From positions 170,648-234,647 of the forward strand of contig NZ_JBLXGA010000002.1 of assembly GCF_048261455.1 (NCBI RefSeq): a stretch of DNA of 64,000 nt, in the 5' to 3' direction. Shown here in pieces: positions 45,072 through 56,183 of the stretch. The DNA comes from Devosia sp. GTDB lineage: Bacteria; Pseudomonadota; Alphaproteobacteria; Rhizobiales; Devosiaceae. Below the pieces are notes generated by a model that saw only the letters and a list, made by a program, of their open reading frames with translations, did no database searches and had not been told where the DNA came from. The stretch's first letter is position 1; every line of letters begins with the position of its first letter. The position numbers and the translations under genes are program-made.

Positions 45072-46031
45072 ATGACGGCGGCGCGCGATGCAGCGCTGGC
45101 GCGGCTCGGCTGGTCGGGGTTTTTCGCAGATCAGCTGACCACAGACGATGAAGCGCTGGCGCCGGCGCGCATCGACGCGGTGCATCGCGGGCGACTGTCC
45201 GCCCTGACGCCGAAGGGCCAGATCAGGCTCGAGCCGCCGGTCAATACCAGTACGGCCGAATTCGCCGTCGGCGACTGGGTGCTCATCGATCCGGCAACCG
45301 GTCTCTGCGACCGGCTGCTCGAGCGCAAGACGCTGCTGCAGCGGCCCAGCGAAGGCCGCCGGCCGCTCCAGCTGGTCGCCGCCAATGTCGATACGCTGTT
45401 CATCGCCGCTTCGTGCAATGCCGATTTCAACCCGGCCCGGCTCGAACGCTATCTGAGTTTTGCCAATGACGCGGGCACCGATCCGGTGATCGTGCTCACC
45501 AAGGCCGATACCGCCGACGATCCCGAACGCTTCGCACGCGAGGCCGCCGCTCTGCAGCGCGACCTGGCGGTGGTCACCGTCAATGCGCGCGCCGCCGATG
45601 CGGCAGAGGCGCTGGCGCCCTGGTGCGGGCCGGGGGCCACCGTCGCGCTGGTCGGCTCGTCGGGCGTCGGCAAGTCGACGCTGGTCAACACGCTGATCGG
45701 CGAAGACTGGCAGGCCACCGGCGCCATCCGCGCCAGCGATGCGCGCGGCCGGCACACCACCACGGCGCGCTCGCTGCATCCGATGGCCGGCGGCGGCTGG
45801 GTGATCGACACGCCGGGCATCCGCAGCCTCCACATCAAGGACATGGCCGAAGGCATCGACCTGCTGTTCGCCGAGATCACCGAACTCGCGCCGCTGTGCA
45901 AGTTCCGCGACTGCAGCCACACCCACGAACCCGGCTGCGCCGTCCTCAAGGCCGTCGCCAACGGCACACTCGACCCGGAGCGCCTCAAGCGCTGGCAGAA
46001 ACTCCAGAGCGAAAGCCGTGGCGGGCGGTAG
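45072..46031 (+). CDS. rsgA: Ribosome small-subunit-dependent GTPase A
   Basis: It shows the circularly permuted GTPase order (TKAD ... GSSGVGKSTLVN ... DTPG) and the C-terminal zinc knuckle CKFRDCSHTHEPGC. Confidence 0.9.
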   Translation: MTAARDAALARLGWSGFFADQLTTDDEALAPARIDAVHRGRLSALTPKGQIRLEPPVNTSTAEFAVGDWVLIDPATGLCDRLLERKTLLQRPSEGRRPLQLVAANVDTLFIAASCNADFNPARLERYLSFANDAGTDPVIVLTKADTADDPERFAREAAALQRDLAVVTVNARAADAAEALAPWCGPGATVALVGSSGVGKSTLVNTLIGEDWQATGAIRASDARGRHTTTARSLHPMAGGGWVIDTPGIRSLHIKDMAEGIDLLFAEITELAPLCKFRDCSHTHEPGCAVLKAVANGTLDPERLKRWQKLQSESRGGR

Positions 46032-46170
46032 CGGCGCCGTGCGCAGATGCGCGCCTGGCGACGGTGCGGCCTCCCGTTTGTTTGCTCTCCAGCCCTTTCC
46101 AAATACGCGACTGAACAATTGCGGTGGTGCCACCCGGCGCATAGCGTGGCGTTGGGTCGGGGAGCGGTAC

Positions 46171-47079
46171 ATGGGTTTCGGCATATTCATTCACCGAGCG
46201 GACTCGATCTACGCGGATAGCCCGGCGACGCGGTACCAGTTTCCGAAGCAGTATCTCGGCCGCGCCGAACGCTGTGTCGGCGACTGGGTCATTTATTACG
46301 AACCTACCAAGGTGCCTCAGTCGCGCGGCTACTACGCCGTCGCTCAGGTCCAAGATATTGTCCCGGATACCAGCGCACAGGACATGTACCTCGCGCTGAT
46401 TACGCCGGGCTCATATCTCGAATTTGCAGAACCCGTGCCTTTCAACCTGCCCGATGGCCCTGCCGAAACCGGATTGGTCAATGCGCAAGGGGGCTTCTCG
46501 GGGACCCGGCAAGCGGCGGTTCGGGCGCTGTCGCCGGGCGATTTCAACCGGATCGTCAGCCGGGGAACTGACGAGACCGACCTGGTTCTACCAAGGGTCG
46601 ACGCCGCGACGCCGCAGCTCGAACCGTTTCAGTGGAACGACGCCGATCAGGCGCAATTCGCGCTCGACGACCGTATCCGCATCCCAACGCTTGGATCACG
46701 CATTGTGCGCGACCGCGTGTTCCGCAAGGTGGTGCTGCGCGCCTATGACGCCCGCTGTGCTGTCACTGGAATCAAACTGATCAATGGCGGCGGGCGCGCC
46801 GAAGTCGATGCAGCGCATATCCGCTCCGTCGAAGCCAATGGCCCGGACATCGTCACCAATGGCATTGCGCTCTCGGGCACCGCGCACTGGATGTTTGACC
46901 GCGGGATGATCGCGGTTGAAGATGACCTGACGATCAGCATTTCTCGCCAGGTCAACGATCGCGACAGCGTGGAGGGCCTAATCAACCGCAGCGGCCGCCT
47001 GATCGGCCCGGAGTTGGCCCGAGACCGTCCACACCCCGCGTTCCTCGCTTGGCACCGCGAGAACTGCTTCAAGCACTAG
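46171..47079 (+). CDS. HNH nuclease with an unrecognised ~150-aa N-terminal module (putative modification-dependent restriction enzyme)
   Basis: The C-terminal HNH_2-type motif is CAVTG...DAAHIRSV..NG...NGIALSGTAHWMFDRG. The N-terminal ~150 aa read YQFPKQYLGRAERCVGDWVIYYEP. Confidence 0.65.
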   Translation: MGFGIFIHRADSIYADSPATRYQFPKQYLGRAERCVGDWVIYYEPTKVPQSRGYYAVAQVQDIVPDTSAQDMYLALITPGSYLEFAEPVPFNLPDGPAETGLVNAQGGFSGTRQAAVRALSPGDFNRIVSRGTDETDLVLPRVDAATPQLEPFQWNDADQAQFALDDRIRIPTLGSRIVRDRVFRKVVLRAYDARCAVTGIKLINGGGRAEVDAAHIRSVEANGPDIVTNGIALSGTAHWMFDRGMIAVEDDLTISISRQVNDRDSVEGLINRSGRLIGPELARDRPHPAFLAWHRENCFKH

Positions 47080-47414
47080 TGAAACGCCCGGACCTCGACC
47101 GGGACGCGGCAGGCGACAGCGGCCTTTTTGGCCCAGCCGAGCGCCGCATCCATGTCGGCGACCTCGAGGATCCAGAAGCCGCCGATCATCTCACGGGTTT
47201 CGGCATAGGGGCCGTCGGTGACGCTGAGGGCGCCGTTCGGCCCCCTGCGGACCGATTTGGCCCGCGTGCCCGGCTGCAGGCCGCCGGCGAAAAGCCGGAT
47301 GCCAGCCTCGGTCATTTCGCGATTGAGGGCGGAAATCTCTTCCCCCATCTCAGGGGGTTCGGCCGAGCCGTCGTAGTCGACGGGGTGCTGAATGGCGACC
47401 AGGAATTGCGGCAT
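47076..47414 (-). CDS. YciI-family protein
   Basis: MPQFLVAIQHP...DGPYAETREMIGGFWILEV. Confidence 0.75.
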   Translation of the reverse strand: MPQFLVAIQHPVDYDGSAEPPEMGEEISALNREMTEAGIRLFAGGLQPGTRAKSVRRGPNGALSVTDGPYAETREMIGGFWILEVADMDAALGWAKKAAVACRVPVEVRAFH

Positions 47415-47541
47415 GGGGCTGTCCCTTTTTGGTGCTATCGTGCCGGCACCGCGCCTACACGTCACCTACCCGACGCCGCAGCCTGCGCGATATCGACAAA
47501 AGGCGACAGAAATTTCTTTGGCCGCCCGCGCGCGTCCGCCG

Positions 47542-48525
47542 CTATTCGCAAATCCGCGCAGTGCACCTCTTGCCGTGGCAGCCGAGGTCGATGTGGAAAT
47601 GGTCGCCGTGCAGCGCATTGGCCTCGGGCCCGAGCACGGTGGTGAAGCTCGAGCAGGCAGCGCCGTGCGCATAGCGCAGGAACCGGCCCTCGAAGGCATC
47701 CGGGTCGCTCCAGCCGCCGTCGATCATCACCGTGCGCCCATCCTCGAGCCGGAATCCCATGATATCGAGCGCGTCGGCGAAGGCGTGAAAGCTCAGATTA
47801 CCGGTTTTGGCATTATTAACGCGGCGGCACATGTAGGAGGTGCTGATGATGATCTCCTTGAGCCGGGTGTTCTCCCGCCCGATGAGCCAGCTGTCGACCG
47901 CCTCGACCCACACCGGCAGCGCCGAGGCCATGCCACAATCGGTGATGGCGGCGCTGGAGAGCGGTATCATGCGGCCGTTGGCGGACACCGCGGTCACCGA
48001 CAACGGCGATTGCGTGCCGCAGGCCCCGTCGGCGATCGGCGCGAGCATTTTCGCCTCGACCCGGCCGAGCATCATGGCAGGACACGCTGTCTGATAGACC
48101 CGCGGCGGCGCGGTGACCTCGGGCTCAGCATATTGCTGCACCACCTCGTCGGCGGGGATTTCGCCGCTACCGGTATCGCGGGGTTCTGCATCGGGGGCTG
48201 CCGCATCGGGCCGCGGGCGCGGCAGGGGCACGTCGCCCTCCTCCGCGTCCGGCACGGCTTCAGCGACGCCCTCCTCACCTTCCGGCGCGGCCTCGGGCGA
48301 GGGGCTATCCGCGGGCGTATCGGCTTCGGCCGCCGACTCTGCCGCCGCTTCGGGTTCGGGCAATGGCGTGCCGAGATCCTCTGGCCGGCTGCGCGGCAGC
48401 GGCGGGCCGTCGGTATTGGCGGGGGTAGCAACGCTGTCGCCCGCAGCGGGCGGCGGGGCCGCCGTCTCCTGGGCAAAAGCGGGGCCGGCAATCAGGCAAA
48501 ATATCAGGGGGATCAAAAATCGCAT
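47542..48525 (-). CDS. Secreted extensin-like protein (Pro/Glu/Ala-rich linker plus extensin-like C-terminal domain)
   Basis: The signal peptide is MRFLIPLIFCLIAGPAFA. A ~110-aa PEA-rich region follows. The C-domain ends GDHFHIDLG. Confidence 0.65.
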   Translation of the reverse strand: MRFLIPLIFCLIAGPAFAQETAAPPPAAGDSVATPANTDGPPLPRSRPEDLGTPLPEPEAAAESAAEADTPADSPSPEAAPEGEEGVAEAVPDAEEGDVPLPRPRPDAAAPDAEPRDTGSGEIPADEVVQQYAEPEVTAPPRVYQTACPAMMLGRVEAKMLAPIADGACGTQSPLSVTAVSANGRMIPLSSAAITDCGMASALPVWVEAVDSWLIGRENTRLKEIIISTSYMCRRVNNAKTGNLSFHAFADALDIMGFRLEDGRTVMIDGGWSDPDAFEGRFLRYAHGAACSSFTTVLGPEANALHGDHFHIDLGCHGKRCTARICE

Positions 48526-48574
48526 GCCAGCTGAACGTCCTGTGCCCCCGGGAGGTTGCGGCGGCAAGGCAGTG

Positions 48575-49939
48575 TCATGAAACCTTGCTCGCAAAGAACA
48601 GCCGCTTGAGGTCCTGGGACCAGTCCAGCCGGTCACTGACAACAACTTCCACCTCGAACGCCGTGTCCGTCGCCGTTCGAATGAGTTGACGCAGCTTTTG
48701 GCGTACGTCTGCCTCAAGCGGATCCTTCCGGCTGATCTCGACGGTCAGGACCTCCCGGCTGTACTGGCGGACGCGACACTCGTCGAAGGCGGCAATTTTC
48801 ATCACCGAGCGTGTGGACAGATAGAACGGGATCAGCCGACCATCCGGATGGCGGACGAAGCTCTTGCCGCGGCCATAGATGTGCGACAGCGTCGTGCCAT
48901 CATGCCCACACGGGCACTGCCGGTGCACCTGCCCGAGGTCGCCGATGTCGTAGCGCAGGATCGGGGTGGCATAGGCGTTGAGGCCGGTCACCAGCAACCG
49001 GCTAACCGTCGCGCCCTGATACTCGGCCGTGACGGAGGGGTCGGCCTCGACGATCACATTGCTATGCGCGACATGGAAATAGCCGGGCATATGCCGGCAC
49101 TCATAGGCGATTGGTCCGGTCTCGCCGGAGGAATAGTTCGCGTAGGAGCGAACGCCCAATCGGGCGAAGGCCGCCACCATCGCCTCGCTGCGATAGTCCG
49201 AGGTGTGCATCCAGGCCTTGACCCCCAGCTCGGCCAATAGCGCGTCGCCGCCATGCTCATGCAGCAGTTCGACGAAGCGGCTGGTGCTGACGAGATAGCC
49301 GACCGGGGCTTCCCGCATGGCCGCGACAACGTCCTCAATCGCGCCGTCGGCGAAGCTGTGAATGATCTCGCGATTGGTCCCATTGGCGAAGAGCCGCGCC
49401 AGATCGCCGGCCCAGTTCTCGCTGCGGCGGACGACCACCGGACCCTGCATGGCGCCCAGATTGAGCGCCGGATTGATCTGCACCCGGTTCTCCGACAGCG
49501 GGAGATCGTTGACGAAATACTGCGCCAGGCTGCGCTGGACGTTGTAATAGCCGTTCGCGCCGCTGGTGTAGACGCGCACCGGCGTGCCGGTCGACCCTGT
49601 GGACGCATAGCTCCTCTTTCCCCCGCTCTCCTCGGGAACCAGGCTCCCATCCGCCTCGCTCTGTGCCGCCAGTTCGCCGCGCGTCAGGGCCGGCAGCGCG
49701 GCGAAGCCGTCGGATGCCGACAGGATACGTTCTCGCCACCAGGCCGATTTCTGCGCCGCATGGCGCAGCACATTGCCCAATTGCGCCCGCTGCCAGGTTT
49801 CTCGCGCCGCCCGGTCGCCATTCTCGAGCAGTTGCATCGCCGAAATATTGGACAGCTGCATCTGCACATCACGGGGCACCAACTCCAAGGGGTTGGTCGA
49901 AAAGGCTGAAGAGATGAGGGATCGTTCGTGCAGGTTCAC
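48575..49939 (-). CDS. PaaK/CapK/F390-synthetase-like adenylate-forming ligase, copy 3 (divergent)
   Basis: It has YASTGSTGTPVRVY and CPCGHDG..LSHIYGRG motifs and the same overall layout as copies 1 and 2. The start is uncertain, either GTG at 49939 or ATG at 49861. Confidence 0.75.
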   Translation of the reverse strand: MNLHERSLISSAFSTNPLELVPRDVQMQLSNISAMQLLENGDRAARETWQRAQLGNVLRHAAQKSAWWRERILSASDGFAALPALTRGELAAQSEADGSLVPEESGGKRSYASTGSTGTPVRVYTSGANGYYNVQRSLAQYFVNDLPLSENRVQINPALNLGAMQGPVVVRRSENWAGDLARLFANGTNREIIHSFADGAIEDVVAAMREAPVGYLVSTSRFVELLHEHGGDALLAELGVKAWMHTSDYRSEAMVAAFARLGVRSYANYSSGETGPIAYECRHMPGYFHVAHSNVIVEADPSVTAEYQGATVSRLLVTGLNAYATPILRYDIGDLGQVHRQCPCGHDGTTLSHIYGRGKSFVRHPDGRLIPFYLSTRSVMKIAAFDECRVRQYSREVLTVEISRKDPLEADVRQKLRQLIRTATDTAFEVEVVVSDRLDWSQDLKRLFFASKVS

Positions 49940-50014
49940 GGATCGGCTCGATTGTGGCTTTCAGACGGCAGGGAAATCATCGTATGGCTGGTATCGTTAT
50001 CAGGAGATTTTTTT

Positions 50015-50701
50015 ATGTTTTACAGCCATTTTCGCCGGTCGCGCAGAACCACACTTTCGCTGATGTGCGCCACGTCCGTGATTGCCATTTCAGCCAGCGC
50101 CGTGGCGCAGGCCCAGGACATGTCGGGTTTCTATGCCGGCATTCACGCCGGCGCGGCAATGGGCACATTGTCGGGCAACGTCACGGCCAACAACGGTTCC
50201 GGCGTGCTGGCCGATGCCGATTCACTGGGCCCCGTTGCTGGTGTTCAGCTGGGCTACAATTTCGCGACTGGTTCCGACCTGCTCATCGGCGCGGAACTGA
50301 GCGCCTCCTTCGGTCATGCGAGCGACAGCCAGACGCTGGAAAATTTCGGCAATGCGTCCATACCCCGCTATGTCGAGCGCGAGTTGACCGGGCTCGCCCT
50401 AGCGCAGGGCAAGTTCGGGTGGTCGACTGGCGACCTGTCCCTCTACGGGCTAGCCGGCGTGGCCGTCGCGACCGGCACCCTGTCCGATACCGAAGGCAGC
50501 GCCAGCTACTCCGGCGACACGTTCTATAATGGCTGGACCCTTGGCGCCGGTATCGATCTGGCCCTCACCGAAAACGTCTCGATCGGCGCCGCGTACAATT
50601 ATGTCGATCTGTCGGCCACCGATACCGAACCGACGGGGACCATCGTCGAGCAGGAGCTCGACAGCCACATCGGCAAGCTCGTTCTGAACTATCACTTCTG
50701 A
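50015..50701 (+). CDS. Omp25/Omp31/OMP_b-brl-type outer-membrane beta-barrel protein
   Basis: A CAGGAG RBS precedes the start. The signal peptide is ...SAVAQA. FYAGIHAGAAMG is the first strand. The C-terminal LVLNYHF ends in Phe. Confidence 0.85.
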   Translation: MFYSHFRRSRRTTLSLMCATSVIAISASAVAQAQDMSGFYAGIHAGAAMGTLSGNVTANNGSGVLADADSLGPVAGVQLGYNFATGSDLLIGAELSASFGHASDSQTLENFGNASIPRYVERELTGLALAQGKFGWSTGDLSLYGLAGVAVATGTLSDTEGSASYSGDTFYNGWTLGAGIDLALTENVSIGAAYNYVDLSATDTEPTGTIVEQELDSHIGKLVLNYHF

Positions 50702-50777
50702 GGCGGGAAACTTGCTGGCCTGCGTCGGGTGACGACGCGGGCCATGCGAGATCGGCTCCGATCAACAATTTATCAGT

Positions 50778-50810
50778 CGTCATGCCCGGGCTTGACCCGG
50801 GCAGCCATGG
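50778..50810. repeat. REP-like hairpin GTCATGCCCGGGC-TTGA-CCCGGGCAGCCATGG
   Basis: This is a palindromic GC stem related to the terminal hairpins of the two-hairpin element. Confidence 0.5.
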
Positions 50811-50889
50811 CGCAATCGCATCGGACCTCGATCGACTGTCCGGAAATCTCGGGGCGGGCCCGTCGTATCACGCTTGGTTGAGACCCGCG

Positions 50890-51834
50890 CTACCCCTCCC
50901 GCCGCCCAATGAAGTAGTCGCGGACGCCCTGCGCAAGGGCGTCCTGCCCCTCTGCCCAGGACCAGGTGCCGTTTTCGGCGCGGCGCAGGTGGCGGCGCGG
51001 GTCGAAGCCGGCGGCCGCAGTGATGTGATGGCGCTTGCCATACTTGCGGTTGCGCAAATCGCCATGCCACATGTGATAGGCCGTCTGCTCGATCGCCCGG
51101 AACGGCGCAAACAGGCCAGCACGCCGAGCGCGTTCCGCCCAGTCCACGATACAGGCGAATTCGAACGGATTGGCCTGACGATGAATAAAACCCTCGTCGA
51201 GCAGGCCGAGCGCCGCGCACATCATGATCGCATCGCCGCCACCGACGATTGCCGCATCGTAGAGGCCGTCTTCGAGACTCTTTCGCCGTGCCGCCAGCGC
51301 CATGCCGGTGGCAGAAACGTTGCCATGCGCGCGTCGGCTCGCTGGATCGTAGCAGGCCCGCAGCGCCTCTGCCCCGCGCCCTTCGCCCGCCGCAAGTCCA
51401 AGCGACGGCTCGCGCAGCAGCGCCGAAGCCTGCCGCGCAGTCTCGGCCGTCCAGCCTGAGGCGTCCCCGGGGGGCAAGTGCACCACCTCGCGGAACAGGT
51501 GCAAAAGTCCGCCGTCCTGTTGCAATGCCGAGATGGCGCTTTGCAGCCAATCGTGGCGCGAGAAGATCACGTCGCAGTCGACCCAGGCGACGAATTCCAC
51601 ATGCGCCGGCAGGGCGGCGATCCCGATATTGATCAACCGCTCCTTCTGCCAGATGAACGGCTCTCCATCGCGGCTCAGCAGGATCTCGGCATCATCTTCA
51701 CCCAACTGCCGGCTGCCGGGCGCGGAAAGCTCCACCGTCAACAGCGGCGCCGCGAGATTGCGGCGAAAGGCGCGGTAGTTCTCCAGCCGGTTCCGCGACC
51801 CGGTCGGATTGAAATAGGAGGTGACGACCCACAT
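50890..51834 (-). CDS. Hypothetical protein, possibly a GT-A-like glycosyltransferase
   Basis: MWVVTSYFNPTGSRNR ... VAWVDCDV (a DxD-like motif). The family assignment is tentative. The start was chosen just downstream of the ydcF-like stop. Confidence 0.45.
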   Translation of the reverse strand: MWVVTSYFNPTGSRNRLENYRAFRRNLAAPLLTVELSAPGSRQLGEDDAEILLSRDGEPFIWQKERLINIGIAALPAHVEFVAWVDCDVIFSRHDWLQSAISALQQDGGLLHLFREVVHLPPGDASGWTAETARQASALLREPSLGLAAGEGRGAEALRACYDPASRRAHGNVSATGMALAARRKSLEDGLYDAAIVGGGDAIMMCAALGLLDEGFIHRQANPFEFACIVDWAERARRAGLFAPFRAIEQTAYHMWHGDLRNRKYGKRHHITAAAGFDPRRHLRRAENGTWSWAEGQDALAQGVRDYFIGRREG

Positions 51835-51847
51835 CGGGCTTGCCGGA

Positions 51848-52441
51848 TCACGAGGCACAACGTTGCTCCCTGAGCTCGGGTGGGAGCGCATGGGGAAAGT
51901 AGCGACCGAGCTTTGCGACTTCGCCCAGCACGTCACGGCGGCCGCGCGCCGTCAAATGCCAGTCGTCGGGTCCGAAATACTGACTCGGGTAGCCTTGATG
52001 GCCCAACGCCACCGTGTCCGGGACCACCGTGCGCGCGGTGATCAACGCACGCGTCACATGATAGGAGATCCCCACGACATTGACGGCCTCCACGCGATAC
52101 GGCAGCGCTGCCACCATCGCCCAGCTGAAGGCGATGTTCTCGCCCGTATGGCGGGCGCGCGGCTCGCACAGCACCCTATCCGGCGGCACGCCATGCGCCA
52201 GCGCCGCCTCGGCCATCGCCATAGCCTCGGGGCGGCCGATCCGCGCATTGTATCCGCCGGTGAAGATCAGTTTGCCCGCAATCTGCTGGTCATGAAGCTG
52301 GAGGGCGGCGGCCAGCGGATTCTTCCACAGGGTCATGCCGAGCACGATGGTGTAGTCGGCACGCGCCGGCGCCGCCGGCGGGAACACCAGTTCCGTGATC
52401 AGACGCCTGGCACGGGCATCGAGAGGCAACATGGCGGGCAA
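51848..52441 (-). CDS. YdcF/DUF218 (ElyC/SanA-like) family protein
   Basis: ADYTIVLGMTLW ... LIFTGGYN ... CEPRARHTGENI. Confidence 0.7.
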   Translation of the reverse strand: MPAMLPLDARARRLITELVFPPAAPARADYTIVLGMTLWKNPLAAALQLHDQQIAGKLIFTGGYNARIGRPEAMAMAEAALAHGVPPDRVLCEPRARHTGENIAFSWAMVAALPYRVEAVNVVGISYHVTRALITARTVVPDTVALGHQGYPSQYFGPDDWHLTARGRRDVLGEVAKLGRYFPHALPPELREQRCAS

Positions 52442-52508
52442 TACTCACAAAATATCGCCCTACATAGTCTGCGCCGCAGCCCGAACTCAAGCCCGGCGCG
52501 GCGGCTCG

Positions 52509-52982
52509 TCACCCGCAGATGGCGAGGACCTTTCTGATCGCGGCGGCGGAGCCGCTGGCGCCGAACTCGTGGCTGTCGAGATAGTCGAGCTTGCCCGCGG
52601 CGGTCTGGCGGGCATAGGCGACGCGCATGGCGGTTTTCGCTTGCATTGCCAGCTTGGCCCATTGCTGGGTCACCGGCCCGCGCACGATCACCGAGCTGCC
52701 ATCGGCGTGGATCAGCGGCATGTCCTGGGCGAAAAACGTGCTGCCGCCGGGCGGATCGGGGGTGAGCGCCACGCTCATCGTGCTGCCGCCGGCGACGTCG
52801 CGGTGCGGGGCGCGGACCCAGTAGCCCATGGCGAGATCGCCGCCGCGGCAGGCGAAATGCAGCTGCGCCGCGCCATCATCGACATAGGCGATGGGGATGG
52901 CGCCGCCCTCATATTGCCAGTCGGCGGCCAGCGCCGCCCCCGGCACCAGCAGGGCCAGCATCACCGCACACAGTCTCAGCAT
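52509..52982 (-). CDS. Secreted hypothetical protein
   Basis: A GAGGAG RBS precedes the start. The signal peptide is [19 protein letters not shown]. The product is 157 aa. Confidence 0.55.
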   Translation of the reverse strand: MLRLCAVMLALLVPGAALAADWQYEGGAIPIAYVDDGAAQLHFACRGGDLAMGYWVRAPHRDVAGGSTMSVALTPDPPGGSTFFAQDMPLIHADGSSVIVRGPVTQQWAKLAMQAKTAMRVAYARQTAAGKLDYLDSHEFGASGSAAAIRKVLAICG

Positions 52983-53188
52983 CGATATCTCCTCGCGGCG
53001 CCGCGCCGGCCGGCGACAGATCAACGTCATTGCCGTGGCAAATCTGGGGCGGGCGGCGCACCAAAGCCACACCTCGCCCCTCCCCGCCGGCACCGACCCG
53101 GCCACGCCGCCATGCGCAGAACGCAGGCACGTGTTTACCGCGCGTAAACCACCTTTGCGACCCGTCAGAACCCTGCTATCAGCCGCAC

Positions 53189-54994
<1,806 letters not shown>

Positions 54995-55145
54995 GCTCCC
55001 GTCCTTTTCTGTAATTTGTCGGCGCGAAGGCTCTTTGCGACTTCACGGCTGTCGACTCGAGGGCTTTCTACCTATGTAATGGAGAATTCCACCTAGCGCT
55101 TAGAACATAATGGAACTAGCTTCTCCCTAAGGGGGAGCTTGGGCC

Positions 55146-56183
55146 ATGGATGCTCTTAATTCTGGAAAGGACACTGAGCGGAAACGACTATCACCGACTG
55201 ACTATTGGAATCCAATTGCCGAGTGTGAACGTCGCATCGATGTGCTGTCCGATGCACTCCACGATTTCTGGCAACCTGATCCTGCCCCGTCGGAGCCCCC
55301 CTCGGCGGAGCCATCCGGATCGCCCCCGCCGAGTGACTTCTGGTACATTGGCGCATCTCCTGTTGCCTCTGACGTGCCCCCAGTTGACTGGGGAGCGCAG
55401 TCTGCCCTTCCTTGGTTTGACCCAGACTTATCTAGCAACCCCTTTATCCTTGATGATGCACCTCTTGGTCGTTCATTGGCCGAGCGAAGAAGCCGCTGGC
55501 TCGTACAGCTGCTAGATATTCCGGAACAGCGCCGACGTCAGCGTTTGGCTTCCTTCTTTCATGAAGTCTTTGCGGCCTTTCCCCTTCAGCAGACCTTTAA
55601 AGCACTTTCAGACATGGCCGTTTCGGGTGTTGATGCGGATTCAATGCGAAACGGCTGCGCGTTCCGCATCGAGTTTCTGGATACCCCAAAGCTAGCAGCG
55701 CGACGGTCCTTCCGGGCGCGTCAACCTGCGCCATATCATGACCCTGCGGCGATGTTGTCATGGAAGCGCGCGGTACGATTGGCGGAGCTCTGCAACGGCG
55801 GAGAGCTCGTTGATGCAATTGATGAAGACTGGCATCGCGAATGGCTGGCGCTGTCTTTCGGGGAGCCGCTGTACTGGTCGTATTTAGACTTTATCGAGTG
55901 GCGATTGTTCTCCGCGAGCCTCGGCTATCTCGAGCCTGAGCTTCAAAGTTATAGAACTGAGTGGACGGATGTCCGACTGCCTTCACTTTCTATATCAGCC
56001 AGACGTTTTTCCCATGCCATTGGGTTGCGATGGGGACCAACCGATGTGATTGGCACCTGTCAAGAATCAAGAAGTCACTTTGATTATGTTAGGAGAGGAC
56101 GTGGAAACCTTAAAGCCGGTACTGGACTGCTGGGTGAAAGAAACCTCCACAGGTCATTTGGGTCGCGTAGTACAACATCTTAG
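55146..56183 (+). CDS. Hypothetical protein (345 aa), first gene of the low-GC island
   Basis: An AAGGGGGAG RBS precedes the start. The N-terminal ~110 aa are Pro/Ser/Asp-rich with W-containing short motifs. The C-terminal ~220 aa look helical. I recognise no motif. The last ~33 codons overlap the helicase ORF. Confidence 0.6.
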   Translation: MDALNSGKDTERKRLSPTDYWNPIAECERRIDVLSDALHDFWQPDPAPSEPPSAEPSGSPPPSDFWYIGASPVASDVPPVDWGAQSALPWFDPDLSSNPFILDDAPLGRSLAERRSRWLVQLLDIPEQRRRQRLASFFHEVFAAFPLQQTFKALSDMAVSGVDADSMRNGCAFRIEFLDTPKLAARRSFRARQPAPYHDPAAMLSWKRAVRLAELCNGGELVDAIDEDWHREWLALSFGEPLYWSYLDFIEWRLFSASLGYLEPELQSYRTEWTDVRLPSLSISARRFSHAIGLRWGPTDVIGTCQESRSHFDYVRRGRGNLKAGTGLLGERNLHRSFGSRSTTS

